Sequence record: OM982647
DNA from: Escherichia phage ST2
DNA length: 64,000 nucleotides
Strand: one strand, 5' to 3'
The translations under genes were made by a program, and so were the position numbers. A model generated the notes under the pieces. It saw only the letters and a list, made by a program, of their open reading frames with translations. It ran no database searches and had not been told where the DNA came from. This document shows, in pieces, positions 19,464-29,649 of this stretch (the stretch's first letter is position 1; each line of letters starts with the position of its first letter).

Positions 19464-19934
19464 TTAATCATGTTTCCACACCCCATCGGTATTTGACCAA
19501 AGTCGCTGATTATCTGATCCTCGCCATAGCTTTTTAGTCGGAAGATTTTTCTCATACTTCCCATCAATAATAACATCAACATATTTAAGCATTTCTAGTT
19601 GTTTAATATCTTCAAACTTATATCCTGTCCACAACCAAATGCTTTTATTGGGATAAAGATTTTTTACTGTTTGAACAATGCAATGAATAACATCTCGGTT
19701 ATCAGGATAGAGAGGGTCTCCTCCAGTTATAGTTAATCCTTCTATATAATCATTATTCAAACATTCAATCAATTGTTCTAGTGTTTCACCAGTGAATGGA
19801 ATACCATTTCTAGCGTTCCATGTTGATTTATTATAACACCCTTCACATTTATGCAAACAACCTGTAACGAAAAGAACGACCCTGCAACCAGGGCCATTCA
19901 CAAAATCGCAAGGATAAAATCTATCATAATTCAT
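19464..19934 (-). CDS. nrdG: anaerobic ribonucleotide reductase activating protein NrdG (radical SAM)
   Basis: 156 aa; CLHKCEGC motif. Confidence 0.92.
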   Translation of the reverse strand: MNYDRFYPCDFVNGPGCRVVLFVTGCLHKCEGCYNKSTWNARNGIPFTGETLEQLIECLNNDYIEGLTITGGDPLYPDNRDVIHCIVQTVKNLYPNKSIWLWTGYKFEDIKQLEMLKYVDVIIDGKYEKNLPTKKLWRGSDNQRLWSNTDGVWKHD

Positions 19935-21748
19935 TGGTGTTTAACCCTATGCATGATTTCTTTATTTTTACCGAGATTAAATCCGCGTTCGTTCGGATTT
20001 CCAAGATATCCGCATGTTCTTCTTATAGTGTTCATCTTTTTAGGATCAGTTTCTCCACAAACTGAACAAACAAATCCGTTTTCAGTAGGAGTCATTTCAT
20101 GGGTACTTCCACATGTAAAACATTTATCTACTGGCATATTAACACCAAAATAATCTAAATGTTGTGCAGCATAATCCCACACGGCCTCAAGTCCTTTTAA
20201 GTTATTTTTCATATCAGGAAGTTCAACATAAGAAATGTGACCACCTGTCGCAATGAAATGATATGGCGCTTCACGAGAAATCTTTTCAAACGGAGTAATA
20301 TTTTCTTCTACTGAAACATGGAAACTGTTAGTGTACCAACCTTTATCAGTAACATCTTTTACGCTTCCATATTTTTCTGTATCAAGTTTACAGAAGCGAT
20401 AACAAAGGTTTTCAGCAGGAGTCGAATATAAACTAAAAGCAAATCCAGTTCTTTCAGTCCACTGTTTAAGATGAGCATTCATTTTAGTTAAAATTTCTTG
20501 TCCAATATCACGACCAACAAGAATATTCAATTCATGAATACCGATGTATCCTAAAGACACTGAACTTCTGCCGTTTTTAAATAACTCAATTATGTCGTCA
20601 TCAGGTTTAAGACGAACCCCGAATGCACCTTCTTGGTAAAGAATAGGAGCAACAGTTGCTTTAACTCCTTTTAAAGAACTAATTCTACACATCAAAGCTT
20701 CAAAACACAGATCCATTCGTTCATTAAATAGCTCAACAAATTTCTGATCATTGAACTGTGTTCCAATATAAGAATCTAATGCGATACGAGGAAGATTCAG
20801 TGTTACAACACCGAGATTATTACGTCCATCAAGAATTTCATTACCGGTCGAATCTTTCCATACGCTCAAGAAACTACGACAACCCATTGGAGAAACAGGA
20901 ACTGAAGAACCGGTAATAGCTTTATTATTCTTAACCGAAATAATATCAGGATACATTCTTTTGCTTGCGCACTCTAGAGCAAGCTGCTTAATATCATAGT
21001 TCGGATCGTCTTTATAAAGATTAACACCTTCTTCAACAAACATAACAAGTTTAGGAAAAATAGGAGTTATCCCATCACGACCAAGGCCTTTAATACGATT
21101 TTTTAGAATTGCTTTCTGAATCATTCGTTCAGTCCAGTCAGTTCCTGTACCAAATGTAATTGTCACAAAAGGCGTTTGTCCGTTTGAGCTAAAAAGAGTA
21201 TTTACTTCATATTCATAAGCTTGAAATGCATCATAGACATCTTTTTCTGTTTTGGATTGAGCATAATTCAGAATGTCTGGTATTTGCCATTTTTCTGCAT
21301 CTTCGACATGTTTAGCGTATGTGCGTTTAACATAAGGAGAAAGAACTTTATCGACATTCGCAAATGTAGTTCCGCCATACTGGTGAGAAGCAACTTGTGC
21401 AGTAATTTGTGCCATAATTGCAGTAGCAACACCAATCGATTTAGGCGTTTCAATTTGAGCATTGCCTAATTTAAATCCGTTCTCGAGCATCCCCTTTAAA
21501 TCGACTAAACAGCAATTAGTAAACGGAAGAGCAGGAGAATAATCAATATCATGCATGTGAATGATTCCACTTTCATGCGCATGCATAATAAAAGACGGGA
21601 CCATATTTTTGGCAATGTGCTTAGACACAATACCGGCCATAAGGTCCCGTTGAGTTGGAAAAACACGAGAATCTTTATTAGCATTCTCGTTCAAAAGATC
21701 TTTATTAGTTTTATGAATTAATCCTTCAATTTCTTTTTCAATTTTCAT
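19931..21748 (-). CDS. nrdD: anaerobic ribonucleoside-triphosphate reductase NrdD
   Basis: 605 aa; C-terminal glycyl-radical motif RRTCGYLG and Zn ribbon CFTCGS...CSVCG; contiguous, no intron. Confidence 0.95.
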   Translation of the reverse strand: MKIEKEIEGLIHKTNKDLLNENANKDSRVFPTQRDLMAGIVSKHIAKNMVPSFIMHAHESGIIHMHDIDYSPALPFTNCCLVDLKGMLENGFKLGNAQIETPKSIGVATAIMAQITAQVASHQYGGTTFANVDKVLSPYVKRTYAKHVEDAEKWQIPDILNYAQSKTEKDVYDAFQAYEYEVNTLFSSNGQTPFVTITFGTGTDWTERMIQKAILKNRIKGLGRDGITPIFPKLVMFVEEGVNLYKDDPNYDIKQLALECASKRMYPDIISVKNNKAITGSSVPVSPMGCRSFLSVWKDSTGNEILDGRNNLGVVTLNLPRIALDSYIGTQFNDQKFVELFNERMDLCFEALMCRISSLKGVKATVAPILYQEGAFGVRLKPDDDIIELFKNGRSSVSLGYIGIHELNILVGRDIGQEILTKMNAHLKQWTERTGFAFSLYSTPAENLCYRFCKLDTEKYGSVKDVTDKGWYTNSFHVSVEENITPFEKISREAPYHFIATGGHISYVELPDMKNNLKGLEAVWDYAAQHLDYFGVNMPVDKCFTCGSTHEMTPTENGFVCSVCGETDPKKMNTIRRTCGYLGNPNERGFNLGKNKEIMHRVKHQ

Positions 21749-22218
21749 TTTAAACTCTTTCTAAGCTGCTTCTTAAATGAAGCTATTAACTGTGTTTTGG
21801 TGTCAGATTCATTATATTCAAATCCTCTTTGAAGCATCTCAGCCATCATTTCCTCTTTACCTAGTCTTGAGAACTCTTTAGTTTTGTCTGGAACAAAATT
21901 AGGATGGATATTATTATCAGAATAATCTTGTTTCAAATAAGCAAGAAGAGCTTCAAGCCATTCGAGGTAATCAACGTTTTGACCTTTAAGACCAGAACGG
22001 TTGAACTTATGCTTCATTTGACCTTCTGCTGCGTTGCACAGGTTACATAGTAAACCACGAACCTTACCTGCTTTTGGCCCGTTTAATTCGTGGTCGTGGT
22101 CAAGATGGTTACCTTGAACATCAGGGTCTAATTCACGGTGGCAAATAGGACACTTACCGTTCTGTGCATCATAAAATTTTTGTTTTTCTTCTTTATATTT
22201 TGCGCCTGATAATAACAT
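21745..22218 (-). CDS. 49: endonuclease VII (Holliday junction resolvase) gp49
   Basis: 157 aa; Zn-binding Cys cluster and HDHELNGPKAGKVRGLLCNLCN. Confidence 0.93.
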   Translation of the reverse strand: MLLSGAKYKEEKQKFYDAQNGKCPICHRELDPDVQGNHLDHDHELNGPKAGKVRGLLCNLCNAAEGQMKHKFNRSGLKGQNVDYLEWLEALLAYLKQDYSDNNIHPNFVPDKTKEFSRLGKEEMMAEMLQRGFEYNESDTKTQLIASFKKQLRKSLK

Positions 22219-22253
22219 GATAAACCCTTACCTTAAATAGATAAGGGTATTTA

Positions 22254-22667
22254 TTAACTTAAACGTCTTTCTAAATATTCAATGTATTCTGCGGCTGCTT
22301 GCATCAGGTTACCTTCATAGCCGTCGTTATTTTCTTGTCCGGCTAATTTAGCTAATGCATAAGAAATTCGTTCACCTTCGAATTCGCCAAGTCCACCATC
22401 ACAAACTACTTGGTCAATTTCTTCGAGTTCATCTATTGAATGGGATTCCCAGAAGCACCAAAGAGAAGTATCACGGTCATAGATGCAAAGTTTCTCACCT
22501 GTGTTCAACATCACTTCGATAATGCCATGGTCGCCATAACCATCTTCGGTAGTAGTACCAATTACCTTGATGATCGTATCTTTCTTTAATTCAGGAAACT
22601 TGACTTGTAGTTCTTCATCTTCTTTAACAATCTTAAACCATTTACCGCGAGTTTCAGAAATATTCAT
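22254..22667 (-). CDS. hypothetical protein (137 aa)
   Basis: Start at ATG 22665-22667 (MNISETRGKW). Confidence 0.5.
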   Translation of the reverse strand: MNISETRGKWFKIVKEDEELQVKFPELKKDTIIKVIGTTTEDGYGDHGIIEVMLNTGEKLCIYDRDTSLWCFWESHSIDELEEIDQVVCDGGLGEFEGERISYALAKLAGQENNDGYEGNLMQAAAEYIEYLERRLS

Positions 22668-22668
22668 A

Positions 22669-22866
22669 TCAATATTCTCTATAAAAGTTACGATGAGAAC
22701 GTTTAGCTTTGCGAAGCTGATGTTTAGTAGGACGAACTGTAAATGGTTGACCAGAGAAAAAATTCGGATCGGTTTTAATAAGCAAATACCAATCATGCTT
22801 GCCATTTTTTAATAAACGGTACAATAATTTAACTTGCATAATAATCTCTTCCCATTTCCATATCAA
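22669..22866 (-). CDS. hypothetical protein
   Basis: 65 aa basic ORF. Confidence 0.4.
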   Translation of the reverse strand: MIWKWEEIIMQVKLLYRLLKNGKHDWYLLIKTDPNFFSGQPFTVRPTKHQLRKAKRSHRNFYREY

Positions 22867-22967
22867 TTAATTCATTTATTGAAGGTTCATCATAACATGG
22901 TTCTTCGTCGTTGTAAACTGTTTCGACGTCTGGCTCGACAGTCTCCCATCGAGCAGAATACCACGGT

Positions 22968-23324
22968 TTAACCCCGGAGTTTATTGAGCTCTTCATAATC
23001 AATCCAGGATTCTAGCCCTGACGGCAGGTCACATTCAATGTTCCACAGAAGCTCTTCAATGGCTTGCAGGCGATTATATTCTTCAACGGTAATGGTAACC
23101 ATTGGTGCAACCGGTTCTGCCTTTTTAACCATCATATCGTTCATCAGGACGTAAAGGTCATCACGAACGACAGTGTCGTTCCAACCCCATGATTTGGCTT
23201 CGTAAGCTAATGATGAAGGGAGCACATTTAAAACTTCAATAATAGTTGGAGCATCAGGACCAAGTTCATTGGCACAAACTTCGTATACATCTTGGAAATC
23301 TTTAAGATTTAATGAATATGTCAT
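22968..23324 (-). CDS. hypothetical protein
   Basis: 118 aa track ORF. Confidence 0.5.
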   Translation of the reverse strand: MTYSLNLKDFQDVYEVCANELGPDAPTIIEVLNVLPSSLAYEAKSWGWNDTVVRDDLYVLMNDMMVKKAEPVAPMVTITVEEYNRLQAIEELLWNIECDLPSGLESWIDYEELNKLRG

Positions 23325-23584
23325 TTAAAATATTCTCGTAGTTGGTCAAAGCCACCGATCGAAGTTCCATCAGGAGCAAACACCTGAGGCATCGTCAATC
23401 CAACATGTGTTTCACGTCCAAGCTTAGCCAGAAGCTCAGCAATTTTCTCATCATCAAAAACACCTTTTTCTGGCATAACATTAATGAATTCGAATGGCTG
23501 TTTCTTAACAGTCAGCAATCGTTTCGCATTATCACAATAAATGCATTTATGAATAGTAGAGTCATACCCGTACACTTTAAACAT
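23321..23584 (-). CDS. nrdC: glutaredoxin/thioredoxin NrdC
   Basis: 87 aa; CIYC redox motif; T4 NrdC-like. Confidence 0.9.
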   Translation of the reverse strand: MFKVYGYDSTIHKCIYCDNAKRLLTVKKQPFEFINVMPEKGVFDDEKIAELLAKLGRETHVGLTMPQVFAPDGTSIGGFDQLREYFK

Positions 23585-23990
23585 TATTTTTCCTTTCGTC
23601 GATTAAATATGCAACGCCAAATACAAAACATGTAATAAAACCTGTGATACAGATAGAAACCAACAACACTGTACCAAAGAACCAAATCAGGTTATCTTTA
23701 GTAGTTTGTTTGATATCCATCTCACGAATTTCTATAGCTATCGTATCACCTTTATTCAGAAGCGTATAAAATGATGGAGATACACGCCTGTCAAAAACTC
23801 GTCCTTGCTCATCTTTATAGACTGCAATAAATTCTAATTTAGAATATTTTCCTGTAGATTGACCTGAGATTAATTCCACTACCTCCACAGGAATTACTTT
23901 AGTTTCCATGTAAGTATTCTGGCTGTTCCAAATGAATGGAATAACAGCAAAAACTAAAGCTGCGATAAAACAACGAAGGCTATATCTCAT
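23577..23990 (-). CDS. hypothetical membrane protein
   Basis: 137 aa with N- and C-terminal hydrophobic helices. Confidence 0.5.
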   Translation of the reverse strand: MRYSLRCFIAALVFAVIPFIWNSQNTYMETKVIPVEVVELISGQSTGKYSKLEFIAVYKDEQGRVFDRRVSPSFYTLLNKGDTIAIEIREMDIKQTTKDNLIWFFGTVLLVSICITGFITCFVFGVAYLIDERKNNV

Positions 23991-24295
23991 TATAATGTTC
24001 TCTCAAATTTGTGGAAGCATTTACGGCATTTCAATTTCAAGTTATCAGTGGTCCAGTTAACCAGTTGGACTTGGATAGTTCCACATTCCGGGCATGGATG
24101 TTTTGCTGCCGATTTGGCAGCATTTTCACGTCGTTCAACCATTTTCATTATTTCGTTCCATGCCGGAGGAACGAACTCTTCTTCACCGTGGATTTTATCT
24201 CGTTGAACAAATTCAATCTTTGAACTATCGTCAATAAACTTAACCAAGCTGTGATTAGTGCTCATATCAATATCCTCTAAAAGACGTAGTTTCAT
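23990..24295 (-). CDS. zinc-ribbon protein
   Basis: 101 aa; CPEC ... CRKC. Confidence 0.5.
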   Translation of the reverse strand: MKLRLLEDIDMSTNHSLVKFIDDSSKIEFVQRDKIHGEEEFVPPAWNEIMKMVERRENAAKSAAKHPCPECGTIQVQLVNWTTDNLKLKCRKCFHKFERTL

Positions 24296-25245
24296 TATAA
24301 CACCTCAATGGCATTTCGTAAACCATCCGCTTTTGCATTCAGAGCTTTTAATGATTTAGTTTGTTCTGCAATCTGGGCTTCGACTTCTTTCAGACGAGAT
24401 TTGAGATATTCGCGTTCTTCTCTTAAGTTATCAACTTTTTCTGCTTTAGGCTCTTTAATAGGCTTAGGCTTATACTCGTTAGGGTTCTTCAACTTAATTT
24501 GAATGCGAGAACTGTATAACATTGAGCCATTATCTTCGGTTTCATCATACATTTCCACTACATCCATAATTTTTAGCATCATACGAAGTTTATAAGACAG
24601 CGAACGAACGGTTTTGTTGCGCTTATTAATTTCTTCGGCTTTCATAGTACCGAGATTACGTGAGTAGTAATAAGGAACCTGGATATCAATTGACAATGAT
24701 GCGTTACCATTACCAGTTGGTTTGAATACTGCAGTAACCCAATCTTTAACATGAACTTTATTTGTACGGTCATCGCCGCCTGTGAATAATTTACATGAAT
24801 GTTTAAAAAGCATATTCACTTGGTTATTGAATTCACAAGCAAATTTATCAGCAAATTTAGTTTCAGGAATGGTAGAGAACCAATCAGCCAAATGAGTCTT
24901 TTTAACATCATTAACAATAGTGAATTCAACCAAATCGGTTTTAGATGTCACAGATTTAATAAAGCTCGGTTTCATAAAGTTTTTAATGTTATCGCGAGCT
25001 ACAGTAGAAGATAATAAACGAGAACGTTTGAACCATTGAAGCAGCGTCCCTAATGAATGAGAATACGCATTCTGAGTATCTTTACAGATATGATTTTCTT
25101 GACCTGTGTATGTACCAAAATCTCGAAGAATGCCACTTACTACAACTCGGTGTGGAACATCAAATCCTAATGAACCAGAAGCACGTTGGGCATGAACGTT
25201 AGCGATAAGGCCTGCAAAGTATTCAATGTAATGTGAACGTGTCAT
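24295..25245 (-). CDS. hypothetical protein with C-terminal coiled coil
   Basis: 316 aa; heptad-like C-terminus. Confidence 0.55.
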   Translation of the reverse strand: MTRSHYIEYFAGLIANVHAQRASGSLGFDVPHRVVVSGILRDFGTYTGQENHICKDTQNAYSHSLGTLLQWFKRSRLLSSTVARDNIKNFMKPSFIKSVTSKTDLVEFTIVNDVKKTHLADWFSTIPETKFADKFACEFNNQVNMLFKHSCKLFTGGDDRTNKVHVKDWVTAVFKPTGNGNASLSIDIQVPYYYSRNLGTMKAEEINKRNKTVRSLSYKLRMMLKIMDVVEMYDETEDNGSMLYSSRIQIKLKNPNEYKPKPIKEPKAEKVDNLREEREYLKSRLKEVEAQIAEQTKSLKALNAKADGLRNAIEVL

Positions 25246-25273
25246 AATATTTTCCTCTCGTTAAGATAGAAAG

Positions 25274-25303
25274 ATTATACTCCAACCATCCTTGGTTGTA
25301 AAC
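25274..25303 (-). promoter_or_regulatory. early promoter GTTTAC-N18-TATAAT with spacer hairpin
   Basis: Minus strand GTTTACAACCAAGGATGGTTGGAGTATAAT. Confidence 0.55.
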
Positions 25304-25307
25304 TGAT

Positions 25308-26240
25308 TTATGATTTTAATGCATTCATTGCGTTAAAAAGTTTAGAGTACTGCAACTGGAGCTTGGTAACTACTTGTTGAGCATCACGAAGCTTAGCTTG
25401 TGCTTTGTCAAGTTCAACAGACAGTTGGTCCACAGTGGCCTTGATTTGATTATAATAGTAATCTTCGGCAGGAAGAAGACCGTTAGAGATTTCCAGTTTA
25501 GTCGACGGTGTGCCGTTAAACATAACAGGTTGTGCTGAAGCTGCATTAATCTTACCGATAGTCGGGTCGACAATAATTGACGCTTCGAACATTGCATTTT
25601 CCTTTTTAAGATTTTTATAATATTCAGAGTCTTTGTGCCACCATGGCGCAGGAACCTTTTTACCAATAGATACACGGGCCTGGATAGCGATATGGCCCTT
25701 ATTCTTGATAAGGTCGATAATATTAAGCTCACGAGAATAAATCGCTTTAATCTGGTGGATATTATCACCTAAAACTTCCAACGCTTGGTGGAATACACGA
25801 GCAACGTTATCATTCTTAGGTTTATACGTAAGAGTAAACTCATTCTCACTGATAACCATGATTTCTAACTTATCGTAAGTATATTTCAAATGTTTCATGT
25901 TAATTGCTTGAGGACGAATACGAGAAGCAATGGCCATCAGATTGTTAAGGTTATTTCTGAACTGTTTAGCAAAATATTGCCCGGTGCCGCCGATACAAAA
26001 ATTACGAAGTTTCTGTTTGGCTAATAAACGGCTGAACTCACCATTTTTAATGAACTCTTTAACGGGTGTGTTGGTAACGCATTCAAATTGAGTAAACTTA
26101 CGAGAAGTAATCCCATAATATGAACAGATTTCCTCAATCTCTTCAGGAGTCTTTACAGGCATACGGATAGGATTAGGTCCTGGAGTATATGCGTTCGAGG
26201 TAAATTCTTTGATAAGTTCTCTACGTGTAATAGAAGCCAT
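25308..26240 (-). CDS. hypothetical protein with C-terminal coiled coil
   Basis: 310 aa. Confidence 0.55.
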   Translation of the reverse strand: MASITRRELIKEFTSNAYTPGPNPIRMPVKTPEEIEEICSYYGITSRKFTQFECVTNTPVKEFIKNGEFSRLLAKQKLRNFCIGGTGQYFAKQFRNNLNNLMAIASRIRPQAINMKHLKYTYDKLEIMVISENEFTLTYKPKNDNVARVFHQALEVLGDNIHQIKAIYSRELNIIDLIKNKGHIAIQARVSIGKKVPAPWWHKDSEYYKNLKKENAMFEASIIVDPTIGKINAASAQPVMFNGTPSTKLEISNGLLPAEDYYYNQIKATVDQLSVELDKAQAKLRDAQQVVTKLQLQYSKLFNAMNALKS

Positions 26241-26266
26241 TTTATATTCCTCATGTTGAAAAATTT

Positions 26267-26296
26267 ATTATACTCCAACCATCCTTGGTTGTACAT
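26267..26296 (-). promoter_or_regulatory. early promoter, near-duplicate of 25274-25303
   Basis: Minus strand TGTACAACCAAGGATGGTTGGAGTATAAT. Confidence 0.55.
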
Positions 26297-27294
26297 CATT
26301 CCTTAAGAAGTTTTACTACTTGAATAAGATTAGCTCGTTCTGTTTTATTTTTACCGTTTAAGCCTGCTAATCGTGAGATCTCATCGTCAGTCTGTTGAAT
26401 AGTTACATTAAGTTCGTTAATCAAAGCTTCAAAGTATTTGATTTGCTCAGCATGTTTTGATTCAAATTTCTGAACCGGAATAACGTCTTGGTTTAGTTCA
26501 TCAATAAGGTCTTTAAGAGCATCTTCTTGGTTGATATCATATTCAACTTCTTTTATTTCTTCAACGAGCTCGTCTTTATATCTAACGTCTTTTAGTCCTG
26601 GTGCGGGCCCGGAAATCTCTTCTTTAAGAGTACAAACATACCCAATATGGTATCCAATACCCAGGAACGGCTTGATATCAACTTCGTCGATAAATCCACA
26701 ATGTTTAAGACCAGAGCCGATTAGGTCAAAATATCCTTGACGTCGTCCTTCAAACGTTACACGAACTACTAAGACGGTTTTACCTGCAACCTTTTGAAGC
26801 TCACATTTATAAAAGTCAGTTGAACCTGAATAACGTGGATGAGTTTTAAAGTTCATCTGACGATCTAGGCCCATTTGTAAACGTGCTGTTACGGCCATAA
26901 AACGTGTTTGGTTCTCGTTAAGATGAGCAACAATCTGTTTCAAAGGCATTTTACCCTGTTCACGACCGAACAAATCAGTACGTCCTAAATTACGCAAGAT
27001 GTTGTTAGAGTTAATCATCGACAGAACGTTAAGTTTATTCAGCGCGCTGAAGATTCCATCAACCATTGATTTTCCGTAACCTTTACACGCTTTAATAAGC
27101 GCTCGCGGTAGATTAGTATAGATTTCAGACGGCATATGAAAATCAAATTTTCTAACCAGTAATTGATGAACTTGGATAGCAATTTGCTCATAATTAAGTG
27201 CTCTGCGATCGTTATGGTCTTTAAACCACACTTTAATCTGTGAAGCACATAAACCGTTAATTTCATGTTTTACCGCATCAGATGTAATGCTCAT
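26296..27294 (-). CDS. hypothetical protein with C-terminal coiled coil
   Basis: 332 aa. Confidence 0.55.
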   Translation of the reverse strand: MSITSDAVKHEINGLCASQIKVWFKDHNDRRALNYEQIAIQVHQLLVRKFDFHMPSEIYTNLPRALIKACKGYGKSMVDGIFSALNKLNVLSMINSNNILRNLGRTDLFGREQGKMPLKQIVAHLNENQTRFMAVTARLQMGLDRQMNFKTHPRYSGSTDFYKCELQKVAGKTVLVVRVTFEGRRQGYFDLIGSGLKHCGFIDEVDIKPFLGIGYHIGYVCTLKEEISGPAPGLKDVRYKDELVEEIKEVEYDINQEDALKDLIDELNQDVIPVQKFESKHAEQIKYFEALINELNVTIQQTDDEISRLAGLNGKNKTERANLIQVVKLLKE

Positions 27295-27329
27295 AACTAT
27301 TTCCTCAGATTGAATTGGAACTCAAAACC

Positions 27330-27353
27330 ATTATAACCCGTCCTTGGGTAAAG
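27330..27353 (-). promoter_or_regulatory. early promoter CTTTAC-N-TATAAT
   Basis: Minus strand CTTTACCCAAGGACGGGTTATAAT. Confidence 0.45.
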
Positions 27354-27356
27354 CGT

Positions 27357-27884
27357 TTATGCGTGAACCGTCTTTAAACGTTCTTTAAATTTCCGAAGAG
27401 TACTAATACGTTCTGCTTTCTGTTTTGTATAGTTTGCAATACGTTCTGAAGTGAGAGCGTATCGTTCGTTTACTGTTTCTTTCATGAAGTCAGGGATTTC
27501 ACGAGAAGCTTTAATTTCATCAAACTTATCGAGTACCGCCTGGTCTTCAGCGATTAAATTTTCGTACATCTCGATATCTTTCTTGATAAACTCGATATCT
27601 TCCTGGGTTACTTTGGATAAACGAGATGCTTTATCCTTTTTGTACTGCTCGTTAGTTTCACGAGACCAGAATAATGTACGTTTTTTGTTAGTGTTTTTGT
27701 AGACTTCCACAATTCCAACTGAATCGATGATAACAATCCAATTCCAGCGAGATTTGAAAATCTGACCTCCGTCCACGGTAATCTCGTTACCATAAGCAAC
27801 GTCATTAAAGAACTTGCTTTGTGCTTCAGATTTAAATTTACCGTCGTTATAATTTATCAGGTTGAAAATATCTTTAGCGTTCAT
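27357..27884 (-). CDS. hypothetical protein
   Basis: 175 aa. Confidence 0.55.
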   Translation of the reverse strand: MNAKDIFNLINYNDGKFKSEAQSKFFNDVAYGNEITVDGGQIFKSRWNWIVIIDSVGIVEVYKNTNKKRTLFWSRETNEQYKKDKASRLSKVTQEDIEFIKKDIEMYENLIAEDQAVLDKFDEIKASREIPDFMKETVNERYALTSERIANYTKQKAERISTLRKFKERLKTVHA

Positions 27885-27911
27885 GTTTTACCTCCAGTAG
27901 TTGATAGGTCT

Positions 27912-27940
27912 ATAATAACATAACCATAGACCTTGTAAAC
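27912..27940 (-). promoter_or_regulatory. early promoter/stem-loop cassette
   Basis: Minus strand GTTTAC-N17-TATTAT with AGACCTAT inverted repeat. Confidence 0.45.
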
Positions 27941-27942
27941 AA

Positions 27943-28230
27943 CTAAAAGAAACTTTTTTCGGTATTTTTTCCACTGAACCAAACAGACTTCGGGATTTTT
28001 TGTAATTTTTCAGATTTAAGTTTCTCTTCCAGTTCTTTCTTATATACACCCTTGTCATACTGGAGCATCTCTATGGCATTCTTTTGCAAATGATCTAAGG
28101 TAATTAAGGCTTTAGTTTTTCCTTTCAAGGAAGAGTCCTGGCGAACATCCTCGCTATATTGCATCGTAGAACTAACCATACGATGAGCATACAGTTCTAC
28201 TGCGGCTTTAATTTTTTGCATAAAATCCAT
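27943..28230 (-). CDS. hypothetical protein
   Basis: 95 aa. Confidence 0.5.
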   Translation of the reverse strand: MDFMQKIKAAVELYAHRMVSSTMQYSEDVRQDSSLKGKTKALITLDHLQKNAIEMLQYDKGVYKKELEEKLKSEKLQKIPKSVWFSGKNTEKSFF

Positions 28231-28368
28231 AACATATCCTCTTTGATTTGTACATCGTTATTTTTAAATATTTCTATGCCCTCAGTAGGTTCCTGGTGTC
28301 CTTCTTTGAGGTAAGCCATATGATTATTCATCTTTATGGCTTTTGTTACCTCAGAACTTCCTATAAGC

Positions 28369-29370
28369 TTATTTCAGTAAAGTTACTTCAGAGATTTCCT
28401 CCCAACCATCTTTATCAGTTGAAATAAAATCTGCTACATAAAGAGCCGTACGTAATGATACATTGCGAAGACGAGATACGTTAGCCTTCATCCAAGACAA
28501 TGCTTTATACGTTTCTGCATCAGTCAGACCACGTTTCTGCATCATGTCAGTAGATAATATTACATCTTCAACTCGAACCATAATCTCTTCATTAGAGTGT
28601 ACTCCAAGGTCGAGATACACTGAACGAGATACTAAAGCTTGAAGGTGTGGAGCAAGTTTAGAACCGCGTTCTAACTCTTTATCGATATCAACATTTGTAA
28701 TGAAAACGATAGTACCTTCAAACTCAAATTCTTTATCAATACCCTTATCATCGAGATAAGATGACGCAGTGCTCCAGCAAACTTTGCGTTTATCACCGGT
28801 ATCTAATGCTGCTTTAAGAAGGTTCAAGATGTCCATATCTGAGAATACGTCAACGTCGTCGATTAAGAGAACGCTGTCTGCATCACGGTTGAGCCAAAGT
28901 TGTTCGTAAAGACCAATACCAGAGATTTTACCATTAATGCTTTTGTATTTGATGAAACCATTATCATTAGCATTATTAAGTGCTTTATCCAGAGAATACG
29001 TCTTACCAATACCAGCTGCACCTGAAATAATGAGTGAACGAATTTTGCCATCGATAATGCCATTCGTCATCATGTTCATTACTTTAAAGCGTTTGTTGAT
29101 ACGAGTTTTCATATCTTCAGTGCTTTCAACAACTGCAACTGGTGATGTCTCAACTCCTTCCATTACGATGTCTGATTTGAAGACCCATACTCCACGTTCA
29201 GAACCATCAATCATAACGAAAATTTTACCATCACCTAAGTGGGAACATTCAGGATTAAGCTTTGCCGGGAACCAGGTCTTTGTGGCAACATAAGAACCAG
29301 AGATTTCGTTATTACGATAGATACCTTTTTTGATTTGAACGTTGAACATTTTATTCTCCAATTTACTCAT
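28369..29370 (-). CDS. AAA+/P-loop ATPase
   Basis: 333 aa; Walker A GAAGIGKT, Walker B LLIDDVD. Confidence 0.7.
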   Translation of the reverse strand: MSKLENKMFNVQIKKGIYRNNEISGSYVATKTWFPAKLNPECSHLGDGKIFVMIDGSERGVWVFKSDIVMEGVETSPVAVVESTEDMKTRINKRFKVMNMMTNGIIDGKIRSLIISGAAGIGKTYSLDKALNNANDNGFIKYKSINGKISGIGLYEQLWLNRDADSVLLIDDVDVFSDMDILNLLKAALDTGDKRKVCWSTASSYLDDKGIDKEFEFEGTIVFITNVDIDKELERGSKLAPHLQALVSRSVYLDLGVHSNEEIMVRVEDVILSTDMMQKRGLTDAETYKALSWMKANVSRLRNVSLRTALYVADFISTDKDGWEEISEVTLLK

Positions 29371-29379
29371 TTTGTTTCG

Positions 29380-29418
29380 ATAGGTCTATAATAACATGTT
29401 TAAAGCAAAAGTAAACAA
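29380..29418 (-). promoter_or_regulatory. early promoter/stem-loop cassette
   Basis: Minus strand GTTTAC-N17-TATTATAGACCTATC. Confidence 0.45.
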
Positions 29419-29637
29419 TTATTTGCGACGAGATTTTTTGGTAAGAGGTTTAAAGAACACTGCTTTACCGGCTGGGGTTAAGGTGACTCGTAATGCATTA
29501 CCTATTCCTAAGGATGCTTTAACCAAACCTTTAGCTTTCAGTTCACCGAATGCTTGACGTTGGTCTGCATCACGAGTGTTAACCATAAGACCTTTATCAC
29601 CTGCTTCACGAATCATTTCTAACATTTTGGTTTTCAT
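29419..29637 (-). CDS. hypothetical protein (72 aa, possible winged helix)
   Basis: ATG 29635-29637 (MKTKMLEM) after GAGGAGAA. Confidence 0.5.
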   Translation of the reverse strand: MKTKMLEMIREAGDKGLMVNTRDADQRQAFGELKAKGLVKASLGIGNALRVTLTPAGKAVFFKPLTKKSRRK

Positions 29638-29649
29638 TTTGTTCTCCTC

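Noticed and set aside
19370-19582. 70-aa ORF overlapping the 3' end of nrdG
   Set aside because: Mostly embedded in NrdG in another frame; only about 20 codons are unique, with no clear start signal.
19931-21748. Possible group I intron in nrdD (as in T4)
   Set aside because: The NrdD ORF is contiguous over the full 605 codons including the glycyl-radical C-terminus; no interruption or intron-like structured insert is visible.
25370-25768. Same-strand alternative-frame ORFs (25370-25768, 32641-32862, 27039-27266, 28863-29063, 38201-38419, 38718-38903, 41896-42132, 46330-46638)
   Set aside because: Fully embedded in longer ORFs in another frame that have better motif support or coupling; no independent start signals.
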